Numbered from the whole stretch's first letter, positions 38,501-51,442 are shown. The stretch: DNA of 63,063 nt, filler included, from Lenisia limosa (GCA_001655205.1; 9 parts of 9 records of this genome joined end to end with filler, not necessarily neighbours in it); one strand, 5' to 3'. Numbers and translations are program-made. Notes: generated by a model not told the origin, from the sequence alone.

Positions 38501-40029
38501 ATTTTTGGGTAATTTACGATCATTTTTTGCCCGATTTTCCTCGTTTCTCTACTTATATGCCTCTAGGTCGCTCAAGAGTAGAAAAATTACAAAACGTTGG
38601 TGCAAGAACGTCTTCGCTTTATCACTAAGGACGATTTTAGACCCATAATCCGAATGTATTTTGCATGAAATATTGAAGTGTCATGAAGGTAGTATTCTGC
38701 ATGTATATTGACACTCCTGCCTATTCTTTTGAATAAAAACCTGAATAAAGGAGTGTTTCGGGCGATAATTTGCAAAAAATGCGAAAGAGGGGAAAATAAG
38801 GAGCGTATGCGGTCAAAAATCGAAAGAAAAGCCTTTTTCGCAGTTTAAATCATGTTCGAAGTTTTAATCATGTTCGCATTTTTAATCATGTTCCAGTTTT
38901 AACGATAAATATTATACAGTTTTCATTTGAATCCCATGTACGCCGATATAACCAAGCTGGTAGATATAGAGATATAACCAAGCTGCGACACAGTCAACCC
39001 ATTAGTTCGTTTAAGAGGGATCCTAAGTTACTTGTCCACCCCCCCCCCCACGGTTTGGATTGTCTGGAAGGTTGACGTTAATGTTGCGAGTGGATATGCC
39101 GGAAATAAGGGTGGCAAACTGCGCAACCAAGACATTTGGGTCGAGGGGCGAGTTGCCCTCTACGTTGATCGTGATCTGGGGGAAGGGGTAAAACGAAGGA
39201 AATATCGATGAATATTGGCGTAAAGGTACTAATTGGGTCAAATTAGAAAACTATTAAAGCCCAAAATCAACTCTGTTGAATATCAGCACACGAGAGTTGT
39301 AAACAACAAAACAAACAAAGCAGTCGCTTCTGCAGCATCGCATCCCATCGGAGGTACAGAAAATGTAATTATCGTGATTTAGAGAGGGGCTAGTACCATT
39401 ATGAATGAGCTGACAACTAATGCAATGGTGATAATGCAATGATGACTCAATATCCCCTGACACACTACCCAGCGAAATATCCCATCCTACCAGGGGTAAT
39501 GCGGGAGCGGGGGCGTACAGGGAAGGATGCTGATAGAGACCACGGGGCGTGTGTACCTCAGTATCCTCTGAAACACAGTCAAAAGGTTAAAGCATGGGAA
39601 GTAGTTTAATATGAATAACGATAACAGGAAATCGGTTCCCTTTTCATCATAGTATTCTATAAAGCTGAGATCTTGGTGTATTATTCACACCAAATATACA
39701 CAACTTTGATCATTCAGGTTCATTGGGCTGCAGTGAGCAAATACCTCTCATCACTACTATATCATATCTATGACTATTTTCACCCACGTCTCTTCTCAGG
39801 AGGCATGGTACTTTGCTCTGTACGCGGTCTTTTAGCCCTTATCTTCTGAACAGAATCACCACGGAAAACACAGCATTTCAAAGAATTACGAACCAAGGAA
39901 AGATTGGGCTATTGATGAACAAAAGAAAAAGGTACCATTTCAATGCCCCCCCCCNNNNNNNNNNNNNNNNNNNNNNNNNNNNNNNNNNNNNNNNNNNNNN
40001 NNNNNNNNNNNNNNNNNNNNNNNNNNNNN

Positions 40030-42910
40030 NNNNNNNNNNNNNNGAGTCTTGAAACCAGGATAATAAAGATCCATGTCACTGTTAATGGAAATACAGTCAA
40101 GGTGCTCTTTAGGTAAATTCTTATGCCCCTCCGTCATGGAAAATTGTCGCTAAATCCTGCCCCAGATTCTATCCAAAATGTCCAAAATCATACCGAAAAG
40201 AGCAAAAACGCAACAACGGAAAATGACATTAAAAGCCACACAAAGAATGGGTCATGACATACACACAAAGCTTCACAACCCACCTCCATAGTATGGGTCA
40301 TAATAACAGCGCCGTCAAATCGCACTTCTCCTCCATAGAATTGGGGGAACTCAATTCCTGCGTCCTGTGGGGTGAGATTAAGAGAGAAGCACCTTATAAT
40401 GTGCTATCCTTTTGAACTCTTTATTTTTTAAGAAATAGGACAAAGAAAAACGTACACTACATTGAACAAATATGCTGAGTTAACTGGGGAGGCACGCAGA
40501 AAGCTGTGTATACACAGTTGTAAGGCAAATGATTGGGTGCATTAATATGATACTATAATCCAATATCTCTGATAAGCGTGATGNNNNNNNNNNNNNNNNN
40601 NNNNNNNNNNNNNNNNNNNNNNNNNNNNNNNNNNNNNNNNNNNNNNNNNNNNNNNNNNNNNNNNNNNNNNNNNNNNAGTAATTATGAACAGAGTCCCCCC
40701 TCCCCACCACAGAGACTCTTCTGAGGCCACTGAGTAGTTGGGGGCGGTTGAAGCCGAGCATGTCCCAAGCAGCTGCATGGTCAGCTTTTTGCAACCAAAC
40801 TCATGATTTAGAACTAGCTAGAGTGACCGACGTAGGTTCTGATCGGTTTTCCTGGGGAAATCATGAAGTAAATCAACAAAGACTTACCACAATCAGTGAA
40901 ACATATGTATGAACAAGACAATAGATGAAGAAACATATGTAATGTATGATACATATAGCAAGACAATTGATACATATAACAAGACAAAAAAGAAAGGACT
41001 ATCACAAAACAAAAAAAAAGAAATACTTGCCACCCACATGTGCCTGCGAGCTTCTTGGAGAGAATTTTCATGGTCTGTGACTGGCTAATCACACGGTCTT
41101 GGGTAATGAACCCAATAAGCTACAAACGTGAGATGGTTGATTTATTGGCATAGAGTCCAATAAGCTACAGGGGGGGGGGGGGCAATATANNNNNNNNNNN
41201 NNNNNNNNNNNNNNNNNNNNNNNNNNNNNNNNNNNNNNNNNNNNNNNNNNNNNNNNNNNNNNNNNNNNNNNNNNNNNNNNNNNNNNNNNNNNAATTATTG
41301 TCCGGGAGAGATCAGGCCGCATTTCCTCCATCTCAGGATCATATTTTACCCATTTTTCGAGGTCTGTTTCACCGAGTTTCACCAAACTCAGCCTGGGGTG
41401 TGAAATGGAAACTAAGCATTTGAGAAACACACAAAAGAGGAGACAATAAAATGGGTTGTTAAAACGGCTTGAATTGTACTCCATCTCCCTATCCGTAATA
41501 ATAGACAAATGCCCCACTTGTGTCTGAAGTTGTTGGTGCCTTGAGTGTTCTCGTTTTGGCTCATTGTTCTGAAAATAGTAAGACTATAATATTTATTGGT
41601 ACCTGTGGAGGGGTGTATAATGATTATCAATAACAGTAAAGGAAGCATCACTGCCTTGTTAAATACTCAGGAAACAAACCTGTAAACAACAACACCATTT
41701 TCAACGATAGCAGTTTCAAGAGGTCCTCGATGACACTTCAACTGCACCATTACTGGGAGCAAAGTCGGGGAAAGAGAAATAAAGAAAGGTATTTGAGATA
41801 ATGAAACATCTTTCAGCACGACAATGAGTCCGCAGTTTTTTTATGGAAGATATTACGAAGGCATATCCACGTAATATATTGTGTTAACGAATGAAATTGA
41901 CTTTGAAAAGAAAAGAAAGTTGACGAAAAAGAGTGCATCACCACTCAAACTGAGATTGGTTGGTTTGTGGAAACGAAGGTCTGGTACACAAGCGTAACTG
42001 AGGTCTTGGGAAGACGTTTGTGGATGACTAAGTCTTTGGGAAGGGCAAAGAGGGGGTATGTGGTTTGGATGGGATGCTAAACGGTTATTATATCATTTTT
42101 TGGGTCATTTTGATATGTGTGAACTTTCTTTTTCCACGCAGTGATACGACACCTCATATACACTCGTTGATAATTGACCGACAAGTCTCAATGATACTCT
42201 GATACACTCGGGATAAACCCACGTGTTATCTTCACCACCATTTCGACTCGAAAGTCGGTCATATGATCATATCACTAGTGGATATGGCTGACAGACACAC
42301 ATATCAAAATATGATTTCACATTAAAAGATAACAATGAAGTGTAAATAAAGAGGCGGGTGCCCACCATTCTGTAAGTTGAAGGATTCTTGGCAAGAGTCT
42401 TATTGATGGATCCATAGGAAATAACCTTTAGGGGTGAGAGAAAGCGAACAGAGTATAATGACAGCGTTATAACATAGAAAAGGACAGGGGAACACACAAA
42501 TAACGTGTAAATGAGGGAGAACGATAGAAATTTTCGAATAAGTATCCGAACCAACTTTGACATCCTTGATTTCTGAGCTCTCTTCCATCTACCAGGTGAG
42601 AAAAGGAGAAAGCAAAAGGGTAATAAAGGGATATAATAAATCAGCCACTGGGTTTATGAATATAACCAGGAGAGAACATAGCTCTCGATGTCACCACTCC
42701 ACTAACCAGCCAAACGCTTTCAAGACATTTGAGAGAGGTGTCCTCAGTGACTGCGGGACCTCTAAAGGGCTACAGATATGAGATGTATGAAGATAATCTT
42801 ACGAGAATTGGCTTCCTTTTGGGTGAAGCTTGAGTGGGACCGTTCTCATCAACATTGATGCCCTCCACCATTTCTTGAACTTCCTCTTGGCGGTCTGGAG
42901 ATGATGACAT
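40030..42910 (-). CDS. Probable multi-exon gene of unknown function (gapped)
   Basis: Successive GT/AG-bounded open segments: MSSSPDRQEEVQEMVEG.., PFRGPAVTEDTSLKCLESVWL, LFALPKDLVIHKRLPK, VQLKCHRGPLETAIVENGVVVY, LVKLGETDLEKWVKYDPEMEE, QKADHAAAWDMLGFNRPQLL. Confidence 0.45.
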
Positions 42911-43253
42911 ACTGCTGAAAATCTTGGGATGAAACTTGGGTTGAGTAGTTGATTTCAATAAACTACAACATCAAACACCAAAGGTTTACTTCAGCAATAA
43001 TCACGCAAAAAGGCCTACAATGCTAACCATGTGCTAACAGTTTTGGCAGTTTTGGAATAAAAGGAGGAATATTACAAAAAATATCGAAGGAAATATCGAT
43101 TATTTAGGCTGTATTGTGATTTACAAAACAAAGCATTGAGAAATCTTTAGAACAATATAGTTAATTAAAAGAAAACAGGAGAGTTTCGGATGGAAAAGTC
43201 ATGACAACGGTAAATCCTTCTTTTGAAATCTAACTCCAAAACAGGCTTCTACC

Positions 43254-43743
43254 ATGGCCCCTTCTCGCCTACCACCGCGTAAGTTCATATAAATTATAGT
43301 ATTGTTTGGAAACGCAGGAGTTACGCTTGTTCCTCCTTTTGTTACCTCTTCACCCCTCACTTTTTTCTTCATCGAGACTCTCTGATCATTACAGTTTATT
43401 CGCATGATCTTTTTGAAATATCATGAATTAACAGTTATTTCTTTAGCGGAAGAGCAGGTTAAGATTCTCAAAGCCCATCTTAAAGAGTTATTACACGAAC
43501 ATGCCAGGGCTAAAACTAAAAACCAGGAGGTATGATGTACTTTNNNNNNNNNNNNNNNNNNNNNNNNNNNNNNNNNNNNNNNNNNNNNNNNNNNNNNNNN
43601 NNNNNNNNNNNNNNNNNNNNNNNNNNNNNNNNCGAGTTTTGTGTGATAATTTGTGAATTGTATTAACCTTTCAGCTCGCCACCACCATTGAGGGCTTTCA
43701 AAATGATGTCAAAGCGAAGGATGAAGAAATTGCCAAACTGTAG
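43254..43743 (+). CDS. Possible short coiled-coil protein, spliced
   Basis: AEEQVKILKAHLKELLHEHARAKTKNQE|LATTIEGFQNDVKAKDEEIAKL* joined across a GT..AG intron containing a gap. Confidence 0.3.
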
Positions 43744-44224
43744 GGTGTTGTGCTGATGGTTGGTGAATTAATTATTGAAATAGCAATATTAGATATAATA
43801 TGCTATATGTGGAGGTGGAGGTTTTGTGGATTGACCTTTGTTTCTATATGCTTGTCTTTTGGGCATTTGTCTTGACTCTCATCATCGATATTCTCACACG
43901 CTGGAGTGATGGGATGCGGTGCTGCAGAAGTGACTGGCCTGGACTTTGTTTATTTTGTTGTTATCAACCCTCGTATGTTGTCAGCAATTTTCCAATTTTN
44001 NNNNNNNNNNNNNNAAGCGTTATGATTGGGTTGTGACCGTTAATAAGTAGGATTTTTTTTAACATTTCCCTTGCCTTTTTAACGCCTTACAGATACGTTT
44101 GGGTGATCGAGCGGTGGTGAGACTCTTCAAAGGCTGGCTCGGGCTTGTTTTTGTCTTGTATTTTTTGTCATCTGGCTTTTCTAGTTTAAACGTTGGTTGC
44201 TCGTGTTTGTTATTGCTTGTTTTT

Positions 44225-44390
44225 TGTTTTTTGTTTGTTTGGAGTTTCAGATTATTTGGTACCCTTCCATCGAAATTTCCTTTGTTCGATGGAATGCGGT
44301 GTTGTAGAAGCGACTGGCCTGGGCTTTAAGTTATCAACCCTCGTGTGTTGGCAGCTAACAGAGTTGATTTTGGGCTTTGTTTTTTGTTTT
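44225..44390. repeat. Dispersed repeat family B, representative copy (others ~35915-35960, 36320-36398, 39180-39350 inv, 43900-43990, 49540-49735 inv, 50400-50485, 53200-53320 inv, 56490-56585, 56940-57130)
   Basis: Shared blocks GGAGTTTCAGATTATTCGGTTCGTGATTAGTACC(T/A)TTACGCCAATATT..AAATTTCCTTCGTTTTACCCCC and GATGCGGTGCTGCAGAAGCGACTGGCCTGGGCTTTG..TTATCAACC..GAGTTGATTTTGGGC. Confidence 0.8.
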
Positions 44391-44939
44391 ATGATATGTT
44401 TCCCCATATAANNNNNNNNNNNNNNNNNNNNNNNNAACCTCCAATATTTTCTCTTTTTACTCCATTTTGTTTATTACTTTCTATTTTTACTCCTGTTTTT
44501 TTATGATAAAATGTCTATCTTCACCCATCCCACCGAGACGCTGATATCCGCTACTGCGCCGGTGGAGGTGAAACTTCGCGATGTGACGCTGACCTGCACT
44601 CCTTCAGCCACAGAGGGACCCCCGGACAAACACGTGATTTCTTAGGGAGTAAATTGTTACCGGTACATTTCGTATATACTATACTACATATCTATAGCAA
44701 AATGAAAAATAAAAATAAAAACAAGGTTGTATCTGGCCGAAGCCGAGATATTGGATTATAGAATAATATTAATTCAGCCAATCAATCATTTGCCTTCCAA
44801 CTCTGTGCACACAGCTTTCTGCGTGCCTCTCCAGCCACANNNNNNNNNNNNNNNNNNNNNNNNNNNNNNNNNNNNNNNNNNNNTTAATTAATTAANNNNN
44901 NNNNNNNNNNNNNNNNNNNNNNNNNNNNNNNNNNNNNNN

Positions 44940-45430
44940 GAATGGAATATGTTTGCCACTGGTGTCAATTCTTCAGCGTACTTTTCAACTGAAGGATTTT
45001 TCCGTTGCATTGAGTCCGTCGCAAAGTCAAAGCGCTCCTCCCCATTTGACTTCATCATCATGATTGGCGACGGGGCTTGTATACATGTGTCGATTGAGGT
45101 CAGCGTTACCTTTGTTATTGCTCAATTATTATTTCTGTTTTAATTTTCCAGGTATGTGCCTCTATCTTCTTACTATACGGAGTCATTCTGATCATCGAAC
45201 CTGCCTTCACCAGCCACTTCCTTCAGGTATAGTCTACTTTAGTTCAGTTTTGCTGTTTCAACTTAATCATCTTTACAACAATAGGTTGCAGACTCACATT
45301 TTTATGCAAAAGTCAACCACCGAGTCTATTCCCTAATTGCTGAGTGGAAAGACATACCTTCCAACTATTGCGTCATTATGTGTAGTTTCCTCTTAGCACT
45401 ACCAGCTACGCGGTCACTGCCGCACAAACT
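44940..45430 (+). mobile_element. pogo/Tigger/Fot1-like DDE_1 transposase fragment with introns
   Basis: NSSAYFSTEGFF..FIIMIGDGACIHVSIE|VCASIFLLYGVILIIEPAFTSHFLQ|VADSHFYAKV parallels the DDE_1 pattern LLIxDGHxSH..LPPHTSHxLQPLD. The 5' part is cut by a linker. Confidence 0.6.
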
Positions 45431-45471
45431 TTGTGTGTCGAGGTGGGGACGGGCGGGGTAGATGGTTTAAT

Positions 45472-45690
45472 TATTGGGGTTATTACGGTTGTAGCTCCTT
45501 TGCTTGGGGTTATTACGATTGCAGCTCATTTACTTGGGGTTATTACGGTTGCAGCTCATTTGCTTGGGGTTATAACGGTTGTAGCTCATTTGCTTGGAGT
45601 TATTACGGTTGCGGCTTATTTGCTTGAGGTTATTACGGTTGCAGCTCATTTACTTGGGGATTATTTTGGTGACAGCTCATTTGTTTGGCG
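45472..45690. repeat. 30-bp minisatellite x~7
   Basis: TTGGGGTTATTACGGTTGCAGCTCATTT(A/G)C units in tandem. Confidence 0.93.
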
Positions 45691-47207
45691 ATATTATTGT
45701 TGTCGCGTATCTGTAAAACACACTCTTTTAGACAACGATTCCATCTACCGGTTATCCTTTGGTGGTTTGTTGGGTGACATGNNNNNNNNNNNNNNNNNNN
45801 NNNNNNNNNNNNNNNNNNNNNNNNNNNNNNNNNNNNNNNNNNNNNNNNNNNNNNNNNNNNNNNNNNNNNNNNNNNNNNNNNNNNNNNNNNNNNNNNNNNN
45901 NNNNNNNNNNNNNNNNNNNNNNNNNNNNNNNNNNNNNNNNNNNNNNNNNNNNNNNNNNNNTATCACTTAACAATATATTATAGTTTTAGGTTTACTGTAA
46001 CCAATAATACCCGGGCCAAATACCAAAAAAATTAAGAATCCGATTCCACATGAAATTACAATTTCTTCCATTTCTCAAACGTCTTCTCCGTTTTATGGCT
46101 TTTACAATTCAGAGTCACATCGCATCTCAGTAAGGAGTTCAATTCAAGGTTCAGTTTTAAGGTTCATTCCGTTCCGAAAAGTAAACAGCACCACGAGGTA
46201 GACTTTTATAGTTTGCTAAGATTGTTTTAGTTTCAATTTCACTACCATCGTGATCCCACGTTTGTTCCCGCTGCGTGCCCCAAGATTGGTTGTTCCTTTG
46301 TATTTGTCGGGCCACTTCTGAATTTTGCACGACATGTTGCAAGCTGTGCATTGCCTGATATGCCGAAGAGGTATTTGAAACTTACTTTATAGGTTGTATA
46401 TTTTATCTGGTATAATATACTATGTAAGGTCGCGGACAAAATTAATTACAGTAGTCCTGTTTTTACCCAAAATTGTGTTAAAAATTGTGATAAATGGGAT
46501 ATAACTCGTCGAAACACCAGAATTTCACCTCAAACCAGTATTTACATATTTCGAAAGTAGACGTCTTTTCGGATTAGGAATTATTGTTTTTTTTTGGGTT
46601 GTAAATTCTTATTTTCAGCGAAAAGATAAAAATAAAACGTCAACACCAGGAGTCGAACTCCCCGTCAATGATTCTATTCAAGACAAACTACTGTCACAAA
46701 TCTTCCGAAATGGAACGAAGAACGGTGTACATACTTCAAAATCCTAAACGGCCTCTTTGTAGAGATTGTCCAAGTCATATGTCCTCATGTTGATCGTAAA
46801 TCCGTATTTAGAACCGGGCTCAAGCTTGGGTATTTAAGTAGGGCCTCCCGCTGCCTGAGAGTCAGCAGCATACCAGCGTTCTGATCGTCAGTACACTCAT
46901 TTACTTGTCTTAATTGTAGTCTTGTTCATCTAATACCTTTTTTAGTCCCGAGCTTCTCAAATAAACCCAGACATCGCTCAAATTAGTCCAACAAAGCGGT
47001 AGGAAGGGGTATTCATCTGCTTGACTGTCATTGTCTTGGGGTTATACTGAGGTGGAAGGGGGTACTGGGTGTCTATCAAAAGGGGATATATAAATAAATA
47101 TTTTGAATAAGTTCTTTCTTGGGTGTTGTTTAAACGTTTATATACCTGCTGGGTGTTGTTTAAACGTTTATATACTATATAAACGTTTAAACAACTGGAC
47201 GTTAATT

Positions 47208-48620
47208 ATGATTTCCCACCGTGTGACCCTTCTCAGGAAAGGACATTCCACCTACTCCGCTCAAGATATTGGTGTTATCCAAGGGCTGCACCAGGCTGGA
47301 TGGTCGAACTATAGGATTGCTAAGGAAGGAGTCTTTAAAGACCACACGTAAGCGAAATATGGTAGTTATATCCTACTCCCGTCATTTTATAGCTCTCCCG
47401 TTATTGTATAGCTTTAATAACACTTCCTCCTTAGACCAACAGAGAAGACCTTTGGCAACATTCTCAAGAGAGCCCGTGATGAAGACCAGGGCGATGAAAC
47501 GAGGGGACGTAAGCGCGCTACTGCTACTGTCACTGATCGCTATATTATCCGGAGAGTACGTCAAGATCCTAGAATAACTGCATGCGAACTTGCGTCTGAG
47601 TTGTCGCATTCTTCAAGTGTGAACGTATGCAGTCGAACTATTATCCGACGCCTTNNNNNNNNNNNNNNNNNNNNNNNNNNNNNNNNNNNNNNNNNNNNNN
47701 NNNNNNNNNNNNNNNNNNNNNNNNNNNNNNNNNNNNNNNNNNNNNNNNNNNNNNNNNNNNNNNNNNNNNNNNNNNNNNNNNNNNNNNNNNNNNNNNNNNN
47801 NNNNNNNNNNNNNNNNNNNNNNNNNNNNNNNNNNNNNNNNNNNNNNNNNNNNNNNNNNNNNNNNNNNNNNNNNNNNNNNNNNNNNNNNNNNNNNNNNNNN
47901 NNNNNNNNNNNNNNNNNNNNNNNNNNNNNNNNNNNNNNNNNNNNNNNNNNNNNNNNNNNNNNNNNNNNNNNNNNNNNNNNNNNNNNNNNNNNNNNNNNNN
48001 NNNNNNNNNNNNNNNNNNNNNGGTGTCGCTCAGGAATACTTCCGTCGCAACAAGGTCAACCTTGTCCAATGGCCATCTCAAAGCCCTGATCTCAACCCCA
48101 TCGAGCATTTATGGGATGTTCTCGATCATGAAGTCCGTAAGCTCCATCCAGAACGCTTCCGTAGTGAAGAAGCACTATTCAGTAGTCTTCAAGAAGCATG
48201 GAACATCCTCGACCTTGACATGATGNNNNNNNNNNAAAGAACCGTGTGGCTCGCCTTGCCTTCGCGCGCAAGTACATCGACAAGCCTGCGGAATTTTGGC
48301 ACTCTTGGGCGTTTTCGGACGAGTCTCCATACCAACTTTTACAGAAGAACGGAAAGGTCATAGTCTATCTCGAAGTTGGGGCTCGCTACGAGAAGCAGAA
48401 CCTGATGCCGTCTTTCAAGAGCGTCGACCGCCGTAAGGTCATGGTCTGGGGTGCGTTTAGCTGGAAAGGCGTCGGTGATCTATACTGGGTCCAAGAAACA
48501 ATGACTGGCAAGATCTACGTCAAGATCATTCGCCGTTTCCTCAAGTCTTCAGCTAAGAAGTGCTGCCCTACCTACCCTGACTTCTTCTGGCAAGAGGACA
48601 ACGACCCCAAGCATACGTCA
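47208..48620 (+). mobile_element. Tc1-family (DD34E) transposase; pieces out of order across gaps
   Basis: HTH part MISHR..GVIQGLHQAGWSNYRIAKE|intron|..RGRKRATATVTDRYIIRRVRQDPRITACELASEL..SRTIIRRL (47208-47654). C-terminal part WPSQSPDLNPIEHLWDVL (48022-48225). Middle part WAFSDES..VMVWGAFSWKGVG..WQEDNDPKHTS (48236-48620). Confidence 0.9.
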
Positions 48621-51373
48621 NNNNNNNNNNNNNNNNNNNNNNNNNNNNNNNNNNNNNNNNNNNNTTAATTAATTAANNNNNNNNNNNNNNNNNNNNNNNN
48701 NNNNNNNNNNNNNNNNNNNNATTGAAAGGGGGTGAAAAATGGAACAATGATAATTTGGGACTTTCCTAAGTACCAATAAAGGCAGAGTTACTCAATAGAT
48801 AACAATCGAGATTTCTCTGGTCTTTTTCAGAAGAGAATTATTCAGCAATTGCCACAAGGTTCACTTTGGTCCGAAAAAGACCTGTAAAAGATCGATAGTT
48901 TTCGGGATTTATCGAGAAATTCAGTCTGATTTTGAACCGAAGCGAATCACTAATTACTACCCCACAGACCGAATGATGAAACAAGTTTGCTGTAGATCTC
49001 GGGATCTTGTCCCAGGGCCTTAAGACGCTCATTACGATCGGTGATGATGGATGGCGGAAGGGATTCGTCGGAATTGGGGGCAATAAACTCCTGGGCGTTG
49101 TCTGTTTTCGGGGCTTCCACGCGACCTTCGCGGTTCTTTGAGAAGTGGATAACGTCAATGTAGGTCCTGAGGGATGGTAAGGAAATATCATTGAGGACGG
49201 CAATTTACATACATAGCTACTGGTAAGCGTCAATATAATAGTATAATGGCCGAGATCAGTCGGCCGATTTATCATATGATTCCCCAAGGAAAATAGGGCA
49301 AGACCTATCCCGATCAGTGCATGTTTCTGCTATCCATATGCATATGTATTCAATTTGTTGCCTGTGCTCCCTCAACTGCTCGTTAAGATGAATTCTTGTA
49401 CATCTTTGATACAACAATATTTGAAAAGACTTGTGTACCCCCTCCGCTCACCTGTAGCAAGAATTGACCTTAGTCATACGGCGAGACACACGCACTGGCT
49501 CACAGCGGAGAATACCGGTAACCTTTGGGGTGGGGGGTAAAGGAGAAATATATAATTAGCAAACAAGCCCAAATCAACTCAACACACGCGGGTTGATAAC
49601 AAAAAAACAAACAAAGCCCAGGCCNNNNNNNNNNNNNNNNNNNNNNNNNNNNNNNNNNNNNNNNNNNNNNNNNNNNNNNNNNNNNNNNNNNNNNNNNNNN
49701 NNNNNNNNNNNNNNNTCTGCAGCACCGCATCGTTAAAAGGGAATATATCATATGAAACAGAAACAACTCCAATGATCTCGTGAGGCCTGGGAGGGGGGAG
49801 GAGGCATTTATGGAAATGTCTGAGAAAAATATATAAACCAAGACTTTGAAGAGGCCAGGAACAATAATGTTAAAAAATTTTGTACATCACCGCTTTTTCA
49901 AACATTCTGAGCAAAAAAGAAACATCAGCGCGCCCCCTAATCCCACCTGGCAACGATCACCAGGCACAACGACGTCGACAAGCTGTGAGAATGCAAGGAG
50001 GTTCACTCTGGGGTGTGAGGCTGTGAGAATGCAAGGAAGTTCACTCAGAGGTTTTAGGATTAGACGAAAAATATCGTTAAACTATCGAAATATATCGAGT
50101 ATTTATCGAAAAATTCAATTATTGTATGTATCGAGGGAAGCCCTTGTTCAGATGAAACAATGTTTAAGAGGGTTCACTCTCGGGTGTTAGGCTGTGAAAA
50201 GGCAAGGCGACACTCAGGGGTTTAACGATAAAACAATATTTACCCTCCCCCCCTATACATACACAGTGATCGGCATAAGTCTTGACCGATTTGCTATGTG
50301 ATTTCACAAAGAAAATAGGTAAAGACTAATCCCGGTTGTGCAGATCTTAAGAAAGATTTAAGAACGCTCCATCTGGGTTAGGATGGAATAAAGATGTACT
50401 TTTGTTTGTTAGTTCAGATTATTCGGTTCGTGATTAGTACCTTTACGCCAATATTCTTCATCAAAATCCTTCGCTTTACCCCCCTCCTACAATTCATCCT
50501 CAGTATATAATATATNNNNNNNNNNNNNNNNNNNNNNNNNNNNNNNNNNNNNNNNNNNNTTAATTAATTAANNNNNNNNNNNNNNNNNNNNNNNNNNNNN
50601 NNNNNNNNNNNNNNNCTTGGTGGGGGGGTTAATTATATGATGTTACAGTGCCATATAATGACGGTTTACCAGTTTCCATGTTGGGCTTCCCTTCGGTTCG
50701 AAAAATCGATAAACCCTCGAAAACTATCAATGTTCCGAACCGAAGAAGCCCTACAAGGGCAACCTTTTTCAATTAAAAACAATTACATATTTTGTTAAAT
50801 GTATCTATCTAGGCACAAAAGCGTACAATTAACACATTGGGGGAGGGGGGTGGGGGGCAAGAATATCTAGTAGGTAAATATAACTACATCGGATAGGTAT
50901 ACAATTAACACATTCCCATACCTCTGCTTTTTTTAAAAAAAATAATATCTCCTTAAAAACCTTGGGAAACAAATAAATACACTCAGCGATTACTTGGGAA
51001 TTCTTAGACTATCCCTTGTATTTGAAACATTTTTTTTCTATTTCACCATTTTAGGCTCGCCAATCTGAGGATTGGGTTCAACAAGCGTATAAGGCGGATC
51101 GATTCCGGGTAGGCACGGTTTTTTATTATTATTTATGATGTAATATAACAATACTCTTTTTTTCTCTCTTCAAAAATTTTTCTATTTTCACCCCCGCCCC
51201 CACAGCCGATTTCGGACGATAAGCCGCACTCCACCAGTGTCATTGATATCTTCTGCGGACTCGCGCAGAGTGGGGGGTGGGGTACAAAATATGGAGTAAA
51301 GAGGGGTGTTTTATGTTTTGTTTTTACCTCTTATTTTTTTTAAAAAAAGCGGGTCAAATCTTGTTTTTATACC

Positions 51374-51442
51374 GAATTTAGACGCTATTTATGAATTTAG
51401 ACGCTATTTACGAATTTAGACGCTATTTACGAATCTAGACGT
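51374..51442. repeat. 19-bp minisatellite x3.6
   Basis: GAATTTAGACGCTATTTA(T/C) in tandem. Confidence 0.9.

Noticed and set aside
46640-46665. GGAGTTCGACTCC B-box/T-arm-like hairpin on the minus strand
   Set aside because: No acceptor stem, D arm or anticodon arm could be built; not a tRNA on this evidence.
45472-51442. Short tandem arrays (30, 38, 19 bp) as CRISPR-like arrays
   Set aside because: Units are contiguous without unique spacers, there are no cas genes, and the context is eukaryotic.
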